Positions 25,588-37,400 of a stretch of DNA of 64,000 nt are shown here, in pieces. The stretch covers positions 310,001-374,000 of the forward strand of contig OZ237737.1 of the NCBI GenBank assembly GCA_965178125.1, read 5' to 3'. The notes beneath the pieces are model-generated. The model had not been told where the DNA came from. It ran no database searches and saw nothing but the letters and a program-made list of their open reading frames with translations. Position numbers and translations under genes: made by a program. The DNA is from Bilabrum cf. latius. Its lineage: Eukaryota. Each line of letters begins with the position of its first letter. Positions within the stretch are counted from its first letter, which is position 1.

Positions 25588-27834
25588 ATGGTGAGAAGAC
25601 TTGTGCTGCAGCTACCACCTGATTGTGATCGGCTGTTTGGAGCTACTTTTCTGTTTGGAGGGACGATTTAATCCACCGATGTAGTATACATGTGTTGCAA
25701 CATGATGGCGTGTAATTCTCCTGTTTGTAGTAGCCTGTACGAGTCTGTCCACCAACGGGTAGCTGGCGCGTGCGTACCAGGTAGCAGGTGGTAGTGGAAT
25801 CAACAGGTTCGTCTTTGTCGATACTGCATATGTGCATACTGCAATAAATAATAAATGCTTAATCATAGTCCCTCAGCTGTACTTTGCTGGCTTGGATTTT
25901 CCAACTCATCTCGATACCGCTCGCAGCGTCGAGCATCAAAAGGGAACAGGCGCCAGGCTTGTCATCGGTTCGTGCGAAGTCTCTTGGATCAGGATGTCTT
26001 TGCGGAGGACAGCAAAATGTCTCTATGCCAGGTTCGGTCTGCAGGTCTGGTGAACCAGCTCGCGGCCGCCGGAACCATTCCGTCCGCCGCTTCTGCGGCC
26101 TTGTACGTCAAAAAAGTGAACAAGATTGCGCGAGATGGCTCCCTGTTCAACGACAGTGCCACGGATACGGCGGGCTGGTACAGGTAGAACGGCGTGCAGA
26201 TGACCAAAAACACGATCACCAAGACGCTCGGTGAGCTGGCAAGCACCGGGCAGCTCCTGCTCGCCCTCCCCGCGGACCTCAGGGCCGGGCTGCTCAAAGT
26301 CGCCCAGTCCGCAGAGGCGAGGAAGGCTCTGCTGGCTAGGATTGCCCGAGACACCACGGTGCCCGGCGACCCTGATGCCGCCGCCTCCAAGCGCGAGTTC
26401 ATTGCCCTCGCACGCACTTGGGGCGTGCCAGATGAAGAGTAGATCTAGGGCGATGAGGAGGAGGACGACGCGGGCCAGGCTGAGCCTGTCGATGAGGACG
26501 AGGAGGAGGAGGAGGATGAGGACGAGGATAAGGACTAGGACGACGAGGAGGATGAGGATGAGGACGAGGATGAGTACGAAGACCAGGGTCTATCCCCGTT
26601 CGCTGCTGCTGCCAATGAGGACAAGGACGAGGGCGAAGAAGACTACCTGCGCCAGGCTGCTCCAGTCGACGAGGACGAGGACGATGACGAAGATGAGGAC
26701 GAGGAGGGTGCGATGTGGTCTCCCGCAAGAGGCACTCCTATGGACTAGAGTAGCAATCCCACGGATGCAACTGCTGGTGGGTTTGTGTAGATAGGGGCGG
26801 ATCGACTGATCGTGCTGCCTTCCCTCGGTCCTGCTCCCATGGCTGCCCGTAACCAGGTCCATGTGGCCACTGGTATTCCCGGGTAGTTTCGCACGTCCCC
26901 ATCCGCTTCGGTTGGCTCGTTCAGGTCTGGGTCGGACTCAGACGAGTCAGACTCAGACTCAGACGAGTCGGACTATTCGGCGGAGGCATGGCAAGCAGTA
27001 AGGCGCGCCATGCAGCTGCAGTAGCAGCAGTAGCAGCAGGCGGCGAGAGGTATCACGCGTACTCCGCTGGCGACTGTGGCCTCTGTAGGCGGCGCCCGGG
27101 TATCCTCCTCGCCGTCCTCGTCCTCATCCTCAGCTTCAGCATTCGCCCGCCGTGCACAATGGTCTGCTCCAGTCCCTGGTGCCCCCGTGGTCGGCGCTCA
27201 CGGTGCGCCTGTAGGGGGCATCAACGGACCGGAGGGAGCAGAGACTGCTGAGCATGAAATGCGAGAAAGTCGAGCTCTGACGCCTAGTCGCGAGCTGACC
27301 CAGTCGTCAATGTCTGGGTCATCACTGGCCGGCATGCCCCTGCCCTCTCCGATGGGCAGGCAGGTCTCGGTGACACCGAGTGCCGCCATGGAGAGCGACG
27401 AGGATTGGGCAGGCGAGAGCGAGTACAGCAATGCGACTGGGATTGCCGACCTCGTGTCAGCTTCGGCTCAGACTGGCCATGTCGAGGACCCCGAGGCCCC
27501 AAGCGATCGATCTACTCAGCCTCGGGCCCCTGCGGCCTCTGGTGCTGGTGCCGACACCGTCGCTCCTGCTGCCTCCCATGGTTCTCCTAGGATCGGACAG
27601 AAGCGCGGCAGGGACAGCGAGTCAGGCGCGAGCACGGCGGTCTCGACACCTGCCGCCCAGGTGCACGGTGAGGAGCAGGGTGGCAGGATCACCACCGGCT
27701 TGGAGGAGGAACAAGGTGGGGGCGCCGAGCCCGCTGGGGAGGAGGTCCGATCGGCGTTTGCGGAGAGCGGCAGGGCCAGCGTGAGGCGCCGCATCTAGAT
27801 CGGGCTCAGGATTGGTGAGCCACGCCGTGGTTAA
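25588..27834 (+). CDS. Orphan acidic low-complexity protein, copy 1 (long form)
   Basis: Predicted ATG-only first coding exon 25588-25590, intron 25591-25926 (GTGAG..CGCAG), then an open frame with about 10 TAG to TAA 27832-27834. D/E tract, poly-Q run, QKRGR motif. Paralogous to 29990-31282. Confidence 0.65.
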
Positions 27835-28016
27835 GTCATGATAGCAGAGGCGTATCCATCCTTGGGTATCGATGGGCCATCGTTGGCCGGGAGATGCAAC
27901 ACGAGCACGCAACCACTTCAGCACACGAGTGGATTAGTGTGGACGATGGATTTGTTGAAAGGATGATATTTTGATTTAGTTCCACTACAAGCTGCCCATT
28001 TGGACAACTCACCGGG

Positions 28017-29681
28017 TCACCCGAGCAGCACCAGCAGCCCACGAGAGGCCCCCGCCAGCTTCCCATCGGACGAGTGCTGCCATCCCTCCAGAGCGCCCAC
28101 CACGCTGCTCGACCGATCCGCAGCCCCTTCCGCCTTCTCAGCGGACTTGAGCTGCTGCCCCACCATGGCCCCTACGCTCCCCTCCTCCAGCTTCCAGCCC
28201 TCGGACAGCAGCACAGGGGCACCCACCGCCCGAGACACACACCACACGGCCACGTGCTGCAGCTGCGGGAACCGCGAGTCCGAGAGTGCCTGTCTCGCGC
28301 AGAAGCGGCAGCACGAGGCCAGGACATGCGCGCATCCTTGCCGGCATTTCCAGAGCGAGGGTGCGAGGACACCGCCACTGGACGCGGCTTTCACTTCGTC
28401 CTGTGCCGCACTGCCCTCCATGTCAGCACCAGTGCCACGTGTCTGGGATGCGCCGTGATGCACGAGTGCGGCGCACACCAGCACGCAATGACAAGCCGCT
28501 GTCCTCGTCTCCCACGCGGCGCCATCCAGATGCTCCTGCCACCCTGCCAGCGAGGTCTCCAGCCTGCCCAGCGCTGCCAGCACCTTCCCGGGACCTGTCT
28601 GCACCTCCCGCACGTCCCCTGACGCTCCCGAGCTATGCGTGTCGGACAGCGCAATCAGACCCATAGCCGACTCATGCGCGTCACTCAGGCAGCGCACAGA
28701 CCACGCTGCAGCGGGCAATCGCACCTTCGCTTCTGCGCCGAGCCGCATGGAGGGCAGTGGTCTCCTCGCGGCCGATGACTCTGCAGACTGCCCGACCGCT
28801 CTCGACCCCGATGCAGCGTCAGCGCTGGCCCCGCGCGCTTGCCGCCCGCCCGCAGCCGAGAGCACCGCATCGGCCGCAGCCCGCATGCTGGCCAGCGCAT
28901 CAGCTCCGATGAGCTCTCGCACCGGAGAGAGCAACAGCCACTGCATCCCGCGCAATGCACAGCCCGCCGTCTGCATGTCAAACGACCGCCTGCTTGCCTC
29001 TCGCCACAGCACGCGGACCACTGCGTCGATCGCCGGCACCTCGGAGGGCGCCATGGAAGCAGCCGAAGCGGGCGGCCTGCCAGCCTCTTCCTCTTCTTCC
29101 TCCTCCATTTCCATCGGCGCGCTGCCATCCGCACCCGCACCAACATCAGCGCTCGGCAGCACCACGGTCTCTCCCACTCGCACAGCGGACAAGTGCTCGG
29201 GAGGCGCGTGAGCGGCCACCAGCGCCAGCGCGGACACGATGGACCACTTGCCCTGCCACGCCCTGCCCTTGCACGCTGCCAGCAGCCCAGTGATTGCCGT
29301 CTTCAGCACCCCTCCCTGGGCCAGCTCGGGCACCGTGCGGATGGCTTGGGGAGGCGCTCTCCCCGACATCTGAGGGGCCATGTCCGCCTTGGTCACCAGC
29401 TGCGACACGGTGGCAGGGCGAGCTGGCCTGGAGGCTGCGTGCCCCGTGGACTCGGCGGCAGCTGCTGACAGCTCTTTGCTGGCCTCCTGCGACAGCCCCG
29501 ACCCACGCGCGACGCTGGATCGAGACAGGGGCTTTGTGAATGGGTCTTCCCATGGTGATGCCAGGGCGCCCGTCGCGCCGTCCAGCAGGCACCATGCGGG
29601 CGACCTGGACGTGTGCCTCAGGGCGAAGAGCCAGGTCTGCGCCGCCCTCCAGCGCACGTCCCTGAGGCTGGACTAAAGCAG
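28017..29681 (-). pseudogene. 5'-truncated duplicate of the ECM29 3' end (~550 codons)
   Basis: Near-identical to 31495-33162. Homology stops at 29681 and an in-frame TGA lies just upstream. The frame is otherwise intact, so expression from an internal ATG is not excluded. Confidence 0.7.
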
Positions 29682-29989
29682 TCGTGCGGTTCATGTTTGC
29701 CAGGGGACGACAGAGAACATGAGCCTTTGACGTGGCGACGGGGACCTGCACCGCGACCATGCTTGCGACCAACTGGTGAGGTTCCGCCGCCGGCAGAACG
29801 CGGCGCGGCGCCCCTCACGCTTCTTTTACGGCAATCGCTAGAACACATATAATCCAGTTGCTTGCTTGCTCAGAGGATTTGCAGTGTCCAGCGTGAGACA
29901 GGCATATTCAACTGGGATCGACTAGAGCTGATTGGATACTAATTCGGGTCTTCATTATTGGCGTGAAGCCATCGAAAAGGACAGTCGGC

Positions 29990-31282
29990 ATGGTGAGCAA
30001 ACATGTGACAGGGGCCTAGACTAGCTGTTTGGAGCTACTCTTGTGGGTCAAGGGACAATGCAGTGCGCATGTAAAATACAAGATGCCAATTGCTTTGCTT
30101 GCGGTAGGCTCGGTGATTAAGAAATGTTGAATTGGAGTTCTTTCCATCGCCATGCGGATAGCTGGATTTCCTTCAATACCGTATGCCAGTGGCTTCAGTA
30201 GGCTTGCTTGTTTCGATACTGCATGCGTGTATTGGTATTGTATTGTTCGTGAGCTGTACTTTGCTAGCTTGATTGTCCAACTTGTCTGGCACTGCTCGCA
30301 GCACCGTTCAACGCCGAAGACCAAACTCGAGGCTTCATGCCAGTTCGTGCGAAGTCTTTTGGCTCGCAACAGGGACTTACAGGCTGAAGAAGGACGCGTG
30401 TCTGTATGCCAGGTTCGGTCTGCATGCCTGGTGGACCAGCTTGCGGCCGCCGGAACCATTGCGCCCGCCGTTGCAGCGGCCTTGTACGTAAGGAAGGTGA
30501 ACAGGATTGCGCGAGATGGCTCCCTGTTCAACGACATTGCCAGGCATGAAGCGATGTATCATGGTCAGCAGCATGGCGTGCAGATGACCAAAACCACGGT
30601 CACCAAGACGCTCGGTGAGCTGGCAAGCACCGGGCAGCTCCTGCTCGCCCTCCCCGCGGACCTCAGGGCCGGGCTGCTCAAAGTCGCCCAGTCCGCAGAG
30701 GCGAGGGAGGCTCTGCTGGCTAGGATTGCCCGAGACACCACGGTGCCCGGCGACCCTGATGCCGCCGCCGCTACTCGCGAGTTCGCTGCCCTCGCGCGAA
30801 CTTGGGGCGTGCCAGATGAAGGGGAGGGCGATGCTGAGGACGATGACGAGGCCGAGGCCGATCACGATGATGAGGACGAGGGCGTGGATGAAGCCGAGGC
30901 CGGTGCCGAGGATGAGGATAAGGACGAGGACGAGGACGAGGACGAGGCCGATGACGATGATGAAGACGAGGCCCCCGAAGCCCCCAGCGATCGATCTACT
31001 CAACCTCGGGCCCCTGCGGCCTCTGGTGCTGGTGCTGACACCGTCGCTCCTGCTGCCTCCCATGGTTCTCCTAGGATCGGACAGAAGCGCGGCAGGGACA
31101 GCGAGTCAGGCGCGAGCACGGCGGTCTCGACACCTGCCCCCCCGGTGCACGGTGAGGAGCAGGATGGCAGGATCACCACCGGCGCGGTGGAGGAACAAGG
31201 TGGGGGCGCCGAGCCCGCTGGGGAGGAGATCCGATCGGCGTTTGCGGAGAGCGGCAGGACCAGCGTGAGGCGCCGCATCTAA
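29990..31282 (+). CDS. Orphan acidic low-complexity protein, copy 2 (short form)
   Basis: ATG 29990-29992, intron 29993-30301 (GTGAG..CGCAG), exon 30302-31282 ending TAA. Shares the CQVRSA...QMTKxTxTKTLGELASTGQLLL domain and the C-terminus with copy 1 but lacks about 0.9 kb of the middle. Confidence 0.65.
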
Positions 31283-31494
31283 GCAGAGGCTCAGGATTGG
31301 TGAGCCACGCCGTGGCTGAGCAGCGGCGTATCCACCCATGGGTATCGATGGGCCACCGTTGGCCGAAAGATGCAGCAGGAGCACGCAACCACTTCAGCAC
31401 ACGAGTGGATTAGTGTGAACGATGGATTTGTTGAAAGGATGATGTACTGTGATTTAGTTCCACTACAAGCTGCCCATTTGGACAACTCACCGGG

Positions 31495-34400
31495 TCACCC
31501 GAGCAGCACCAGCAGCCCACGAGAGGCCCCCGCCAGCTTCCCATCGGACGAGTGCTGCCATCCCTCCAGAGCGCCCACCACGCTGCTCGACCGATCCGCA
31601 GCCCCTTCCGCCTTCTCAGCGGACTTGAGCTGCTGCCCCACCATGGCCCCTACGCTCCCCTCCTCCAGCTTCCAGCCCTCGGACAGCAGCACAGGGGCAC
31701 CCACCGCCCGAGACACACACCACACGGCCACGTGCTGCAGCTGCGGGAACCGCGAGTCCGAGAGTGCCTGTCTCGCGCAGAAGCGGCAGCACGAGGCCAG
31801 GACATGCGCGCATCCTTGCCGGCATTTCTAGAGCGAGCGTGCGAGGACACCGCCGCTGGACGCGGTTTTCACTTCGTCCTGTGCCGCACTGCCCTCCATG
31901 TCAGCACCAGTGCCACGTGTCTGGGATGCGCCGTGATGCACGAGTGCGGCGCACACCAGCACGCAATGACAAGCCGCTGTCCTCGTCTCCCACGCGGCGC
32001 CATCCAGATGCTCCTGCCACCCTGCCAGCGAGGTCTCCAGCCTGCCCAGCGCTGCCAGCACCTTCCCGGGACCTGTCTGCACCTCCCGCACACCCCCTGA
32101 CGCTCCCGAGCTATGCGTGTCGGACAGTGCAATCAGACCCATAGCCGACTCATGCGCGTCACTCAGGCAGCGCACAGACCACGCTGCAGCGGGCAATCGC
32201 ACCTTCGCTTCTGCGCCGAGCCGCATGGAGGGCGGTGGTCTCCTCGCGGCCGATGACTCTGCAGACTGCCCGACCGCTCTCGACCCCGATGCAGCGTCAG
32301 CGCTGGCCCCGCGCGCTTTCTGCCCGCCCGCAGCCGAGAGCACCGCATCGGCCGCAGCCCGCATGCTGGCCAGCGCATCAGCTCCGATGAGCTCTCGCAC
32401 CGGAGAGAGCAACAGCCACTGCATCCCGCGCAATGCACAGCCCGCCGTCTGCATGTCAAACGACCGCCTGCTTGCCTCTCGCCACAGCACGCGGACCACT
32501 GCGTCGATCGCCGGCACCTCGGAGAGCGCCATGGAAGCAGCCGAAGCGGGCGGCCTGCCAGCCTCTTCCTCTTCTTCCTCCACATCGTCTTCCATCGGCG
32601 CGCTGCCATCCGCACCCGCACCAACATCAGCGCTCGGCAGCACCACGGTCTCTCCCACTCGCACAGCGGACAAGTGCTCGGGAGGCGCGTGAGCGGCCAC
32701 CAGCGCCAGCGCGGACACGATGGACCACTTGCCCTGCCACGCCCTGCCCTTGCACGCTGCCAGCAGCCCAGTGATTGCCGTCTTCAGCACCCCTCCCTGG
32801 GCCAGCTCGGGCACCGTGCGGATGGTCTGGGGAGGCGCTCTCCCCGACATCTGAGGGGCCATGTCTGCCTTGGTCACCAGCTGCGACACGGTGGCAGGGC
32901 GAGCTGGCCTGGAGGCTGCGTGCCCCGCGGACTCGGCGGCAGCTGCTGACAGCTCTTTGCTGGCCTCCTGCGACAACCCCGACCCACGCGCGACGCTGGA
33001 TCGAGACAGGGGCTTTGTGAATGGGTCTTCCCATGGTGATGCCAGGGCGCCCGTCGCGCCGTCCAGCAGGCACCATGCGGGCGACCTGGACGTGTGCCTC
33101 AGGGCGAAGAGCCAGGTCTGCGCCGCCCTCCGGCGCACGTCCCTGAGGCTGGACTAAAGCAGCTCGCCGATCGTGGCAGCGACCCCAGGCAGGTGCTGCC
33201 GAATGGCCCTGCCAGGAACAGGAGCAAGCACCTCCCACGCGTCCTGCCACGATGCCCTGCAGCCCGCGTCTGTCTCGTGGATACCCACCGCTGCGAGCGG
33301 GACCAGACGGTGCGACACCTGGGTGAGCTGATCGGCGTCCAGCTCAGCCGCCAGTCTTCTCGCAGCAAAAGCCACCGCGCTGCGCTCTGCGGCATCTTCA
33401 GAGGCGGTGACGCCGACGAGCGCGGACACGTATCTCCGCACGGTGACGTGGCGGGCGCACCGACACAGAGACGCGGCGGCAGAACCGGCGCAGCGCCGCT
33501 CCCCGGGTGAGCCCGCCCGGATCCTGGCAAGCAGAGCGGAGACCAGCCGGTGTGCGTGAGGCCGAACCATGGGATCGCCCAAACTGCTCGGGAGTTGCCC
33601 CGCCAGGGTGGCAGCCAGGCCGCGCGTGACCAGGCCTGATCCCCTGCTTAATGCACTTGCAAGAGCGTCCACGAGTGCCTCTGGGACAGGCGTGCCATTC
33701 GCCCTGGCCGATGTAGTCCCCGCACCAGAGGCAGCCTGTGCCGATGCTGATGCTGATGCTACAGCATCTGATCCTTTTCCGCTGCTGGAACTCTCACCCT
33801 CCTCGTCTTCGACGGCCCCGGATGCTACCGCCGCGCGCTTCCCACCGCCGAGCGCCGAGCTCTGCCCCGTCACATCGACGGCACGAGTCTTGCCAGCCTC
33901 CGCCGCACCCAGCACCGACACTGCCTGGATGCACCGCTCCACGATGCCCTGCAGAGGACCCGACCGCGCCAGTCTTATCCGCGCCATTTCCAGCTCCACC
34001 GGTGACACGTCGATGCGGGCCGCACCCCCGCCTGCGTTGGCGTGTACCTACGCAGCGCTCAGGCGCCCGTCCTCCATGGCACCGGATGCCTCCAAGCAAA
34101 TTGAGATGATGGACGGGGCGAAAGGCGCGAGGACTCTTCGCGCGGCCTTGACGATCCCTTCCAGGGTGCGCACCGTCACCTCCTTTACCCCCGTCACCGT
34201 CGACTCGAGACCAGGACCCAGCAGGAAGGGAAGGAAGGCACGGAGCGCCTCCCTGGCCGCGTGCGGCCCCACCCGCTCCGGGTCACAGAGCCTGACTGAG
34301 GCCACACCGAGCGCCTCTACTGCCTGTCCCGCTGCCTGGAGGATATCGTGTTGCACATCCATGAGCATGAGGAAGGCAAGGTTCCAGAGCCGGGGCAGTG

Positions 34401-37400
34401 TCTTGGAGAGGGCCAGCGAGTCAGCGTGCTCGTTGGAGGCAGCGCCAAGGATGTCTGGGATGCTGCGGGCAGCCGCCACGCGATCGCGCACTCTCCCGCT
34501 GCCTGCTTTGGCCTCCGTCACCTGCAGGATGCCGACGAGGAAGGTGGCGATCGCCTTTGAAGGAGACCTGACCAGCGCTCTCCACAGGGACTGCATCGCG
34601 TCCTGCACCCTGGGGTCGGGATCGTGCATCCTTAGGAACAGCTGGGGGATGACCTCCCTCACGTGGTCCACCACGGCCTCCCTGGCCGAGCTTTGCATCA
34701 GCGCAGCAAGTCCAGTTGCGACTCCTGACTGCCTGTGAGACTCCACTCCCGCGGCAGCGAGCCCGATGAATCGGTACACCAGCTCTGGATTTCCTGTGTC
34801 TGATGCCAGGTCGAACACTTCTTTATACGCCTGATCCGTCTTTAGAATGGGCGCGTGTGTCATGCCAGACACGGCTCGAGCCACTGCGCCATCGAAGCAA
34901 GGGTCGAAGGAAGCGGGCTTCAGCGATGGCGGAGCCTCCTATGCAGCCCTAGCGCGAGCCATCTCCTCCCTTGCAGCAGATTCGGCAGGATCACCAGATG
35001 ACGATGCCTGTGCCTGCGACGGCAAACTGATCCCTCTCGACCCCAGAGACGCTGTGAGCCTCGGCAGCAGGGCCTTCCTAAGCGACTCGGAGCACTGGTC
35101 GTACACGGTGGAGAGCCCGCTGGCTGCCGTGCTGCGAACTGACTCGGACCTCTCGCTGAGTCCTCGGATCATGACCTCGTGGCAGTACACCAGGCGGGCA
35201 TCGGTGAGGAGGGAGACGGCGGTGCCGGCAGACTTCACTGTGGACGCCCCGGCGACTTCTCCGTCTTCCATTGGTGCGCTTGCGACAGCCTTCGCTCCCT
35301 TACCGCTTGAGAGGGCGCTGACAGCCGCAGTCACCCACACCACCGCAGCCGCCCGCTCTGCGTTTCTCGAGGACACTGCGGTGACAGAGAGCAGGTGCTC
35401 CAGCACGTCCGTAGCCAAGGCCGGTCGCCAATCCTCGGAGGCTGGCGATGCCACAGCAGCAGCCTTCGCTGCAGCCGCGCAACTCTTCAAAATGTTGGCG
35501 AGAGCAGCGCCCACATCCTCCCTCACGTCATCCTTGTCCCTCGATGACAGCCGTAGCAGCGCGCCCGTGGCATGACGGCCGATGGCCTCGCTCTTGTCGG
35601 ATGCTCCCAGCTGTCCAAGACACGCGATGGCTGCCTGCGCTACTTTGTACTTGGGGGCCTTGCCTTTGCCATTGCCTTTGCCAGTGCCCAGCCCGCCTGC
35701 CGCACCCGTGCCGTGGGCAAGGGCTGGCGGTCGTCGCTGCAGACCCAGCTGCAGCAGCCGACCGACCAGAGCTGCCCTGCTCCAACCCTCGTCAGGCGGA
35801 CCGGCCGCCGGGCCAGCCCCGCCTTCCTCGGCCAGCTGCGACAAGGTCTCTGCAGAAGGCGATCCTTCAGGGAGACTGAGCGATCCGTTGCGGAGGACGT
35901 CGGCAATGGAGAGGCAAGCAGCGGCGCACTGAGAGTCGTCTTTGGAAGAGGTCGCTTCGAGTAATGTGGCCACGCAGGCTGCACGCAGAGACGGCGGCAG
36001 CAGCGGCATCGCGCCCCCAACGGCCGAAGAAGCAGCTCCATCGGGCCACCGAGCCGCAGCCCCTCGCAGCACGTGACCCAGGGCTCGGAGGGCCCCCGCT
36101 CGCTTCGCGTCATCAGCTATGGTCGAGGTAGACCCAGAAGCCCCCGCGAGCCGAAGCACGGTCTAGACCACCTCGATCAGTCGCTCTCGCACCGCATCGG
36201 CATCGCCGGAAGAGGCCATATCATCGCTAGCCACCTCGGACGAAGAGGCAGCAGAGCGTCGGGGCCCAGCGGGGCTGAATGATGCTGTCTCTCCCAGCAA
36301 CCTGCCGCAAATCAGCGCCACGACAGGAACTGTGCTTGTGCAGCCCTGCACCAGCCAGTCTAGGCCTGATAGGGTCGCCCGCACCACGTCATCTGTGATC
36401 CGATCCATCTGGCCCAGCTGCAGAGACATCGACACGCCTTCTTCCGCGGGCTAGCCGGCCGCCTGCCCCAGCATACAGGCGGCCAGCAAGTGCGCAGCTG
36501 CCGTTTGCACTCCACCATCCGTGTATTCCAAGGCCCGCTTGCTCAGAGCCACCACGCTGGGCATCCATGCACGATCCCTTCTGGGCCTGGACCAACTCTG
36601 CAACCGGGCATCGGCTTGCACTGCCACTGTAAGCAGCCTCAGCGCCGCCACCCTGCTCTCGTCAGTCCGCAGTCGCAAGAAGAGCCCCCCTGGCGCAATG
36701 CGAGGCATACCCTCCGCCGAATCGCCCGATTGGTCCGCCGCTTCGGCTCCTGCCATGCTGGCGACGATCTTACCGGGATGAGCGTATCCCCACTCTGGCT
36801 TGCCACCCGCTGAATCTCCGCCAGCGGAAGCCGCCACAGCGGCCGTCTCGCCCGATGATTCGTCTTGCTCGGCACCGGGGAGGGCGCGCTGCCCAGCGCA
36901 CAGCTCCTCGATGTACTCCACCGGCTGGGTCCACGCAGCCGCAGCCCCGCTCGCCACCCGCCCCGACAGCTCTGCTCCATCGCCATTACCTCCCGTAACA
37001 AGCCCATCATCGGCACGGCTGGATGTGCTGGCACCGCTGGCGGCCTGTTCGCCCTTGCCCGCCGACGGCGAGCCAGGATCGCTGCCATTCAATGCCTCGC
37101 TGTCGCCGTCTGCCCCTGCGGAGCGAGTGAGACTGCCTAGATAGGATACTCGCGCGCCGGGCACCAATCCGCGGTACGCCTCCACTCGCACCTCACGGGC
37201 CGGATCGCCGGCCAGCTCCACGCAGAGCATCTTGGCCTGTTCATCCGTTGCCTCCAACACCGAGCCGCACCACTAGGCAGCCACGAGCCTTAGCCTGGCG
37301 TCTGCAGACCGTGCCGCCAGCTCTACCGTCTTGCGAAGCGACGAAAGGAGCTTGTCGATCGCGCTCGCTCCCTAGGGCGAGTTCTGGATCGCGCCGGCAT

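Larger units (their letters stand above)
25585..33162. repeat. Tandem segmental duplication: unit 1 ~25585-29681, unit 2 ~29987-33162
   Basis: About 27490-29681 matches about 30975-33162, near-identically over the ECM29 part. Identity ends after GACTAAAGCAG. Weaker similarity extends upstream to the shared ATGGTGAG. Confidence 0.95.

Noticed and set aside
25585-33162. The duplicated unit as a transposon or LTR element
   Set aside because: No transposase, reverse transcriptase, terminal inverted repeats or target-site duplication seen. The unit contains part of a host gene, consistent with a tandem segmental duplication.
33569-34738. Long antisense or alternative-frame ORFs (also 7937-8827, 18699-19688, 22139-23149, 42839-43975, 56661-57746)
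   Set aside because: Shadow ORFs expected opposite GC-rich coding sequence. They have no recognisable motifs and overlap well-supported genes.
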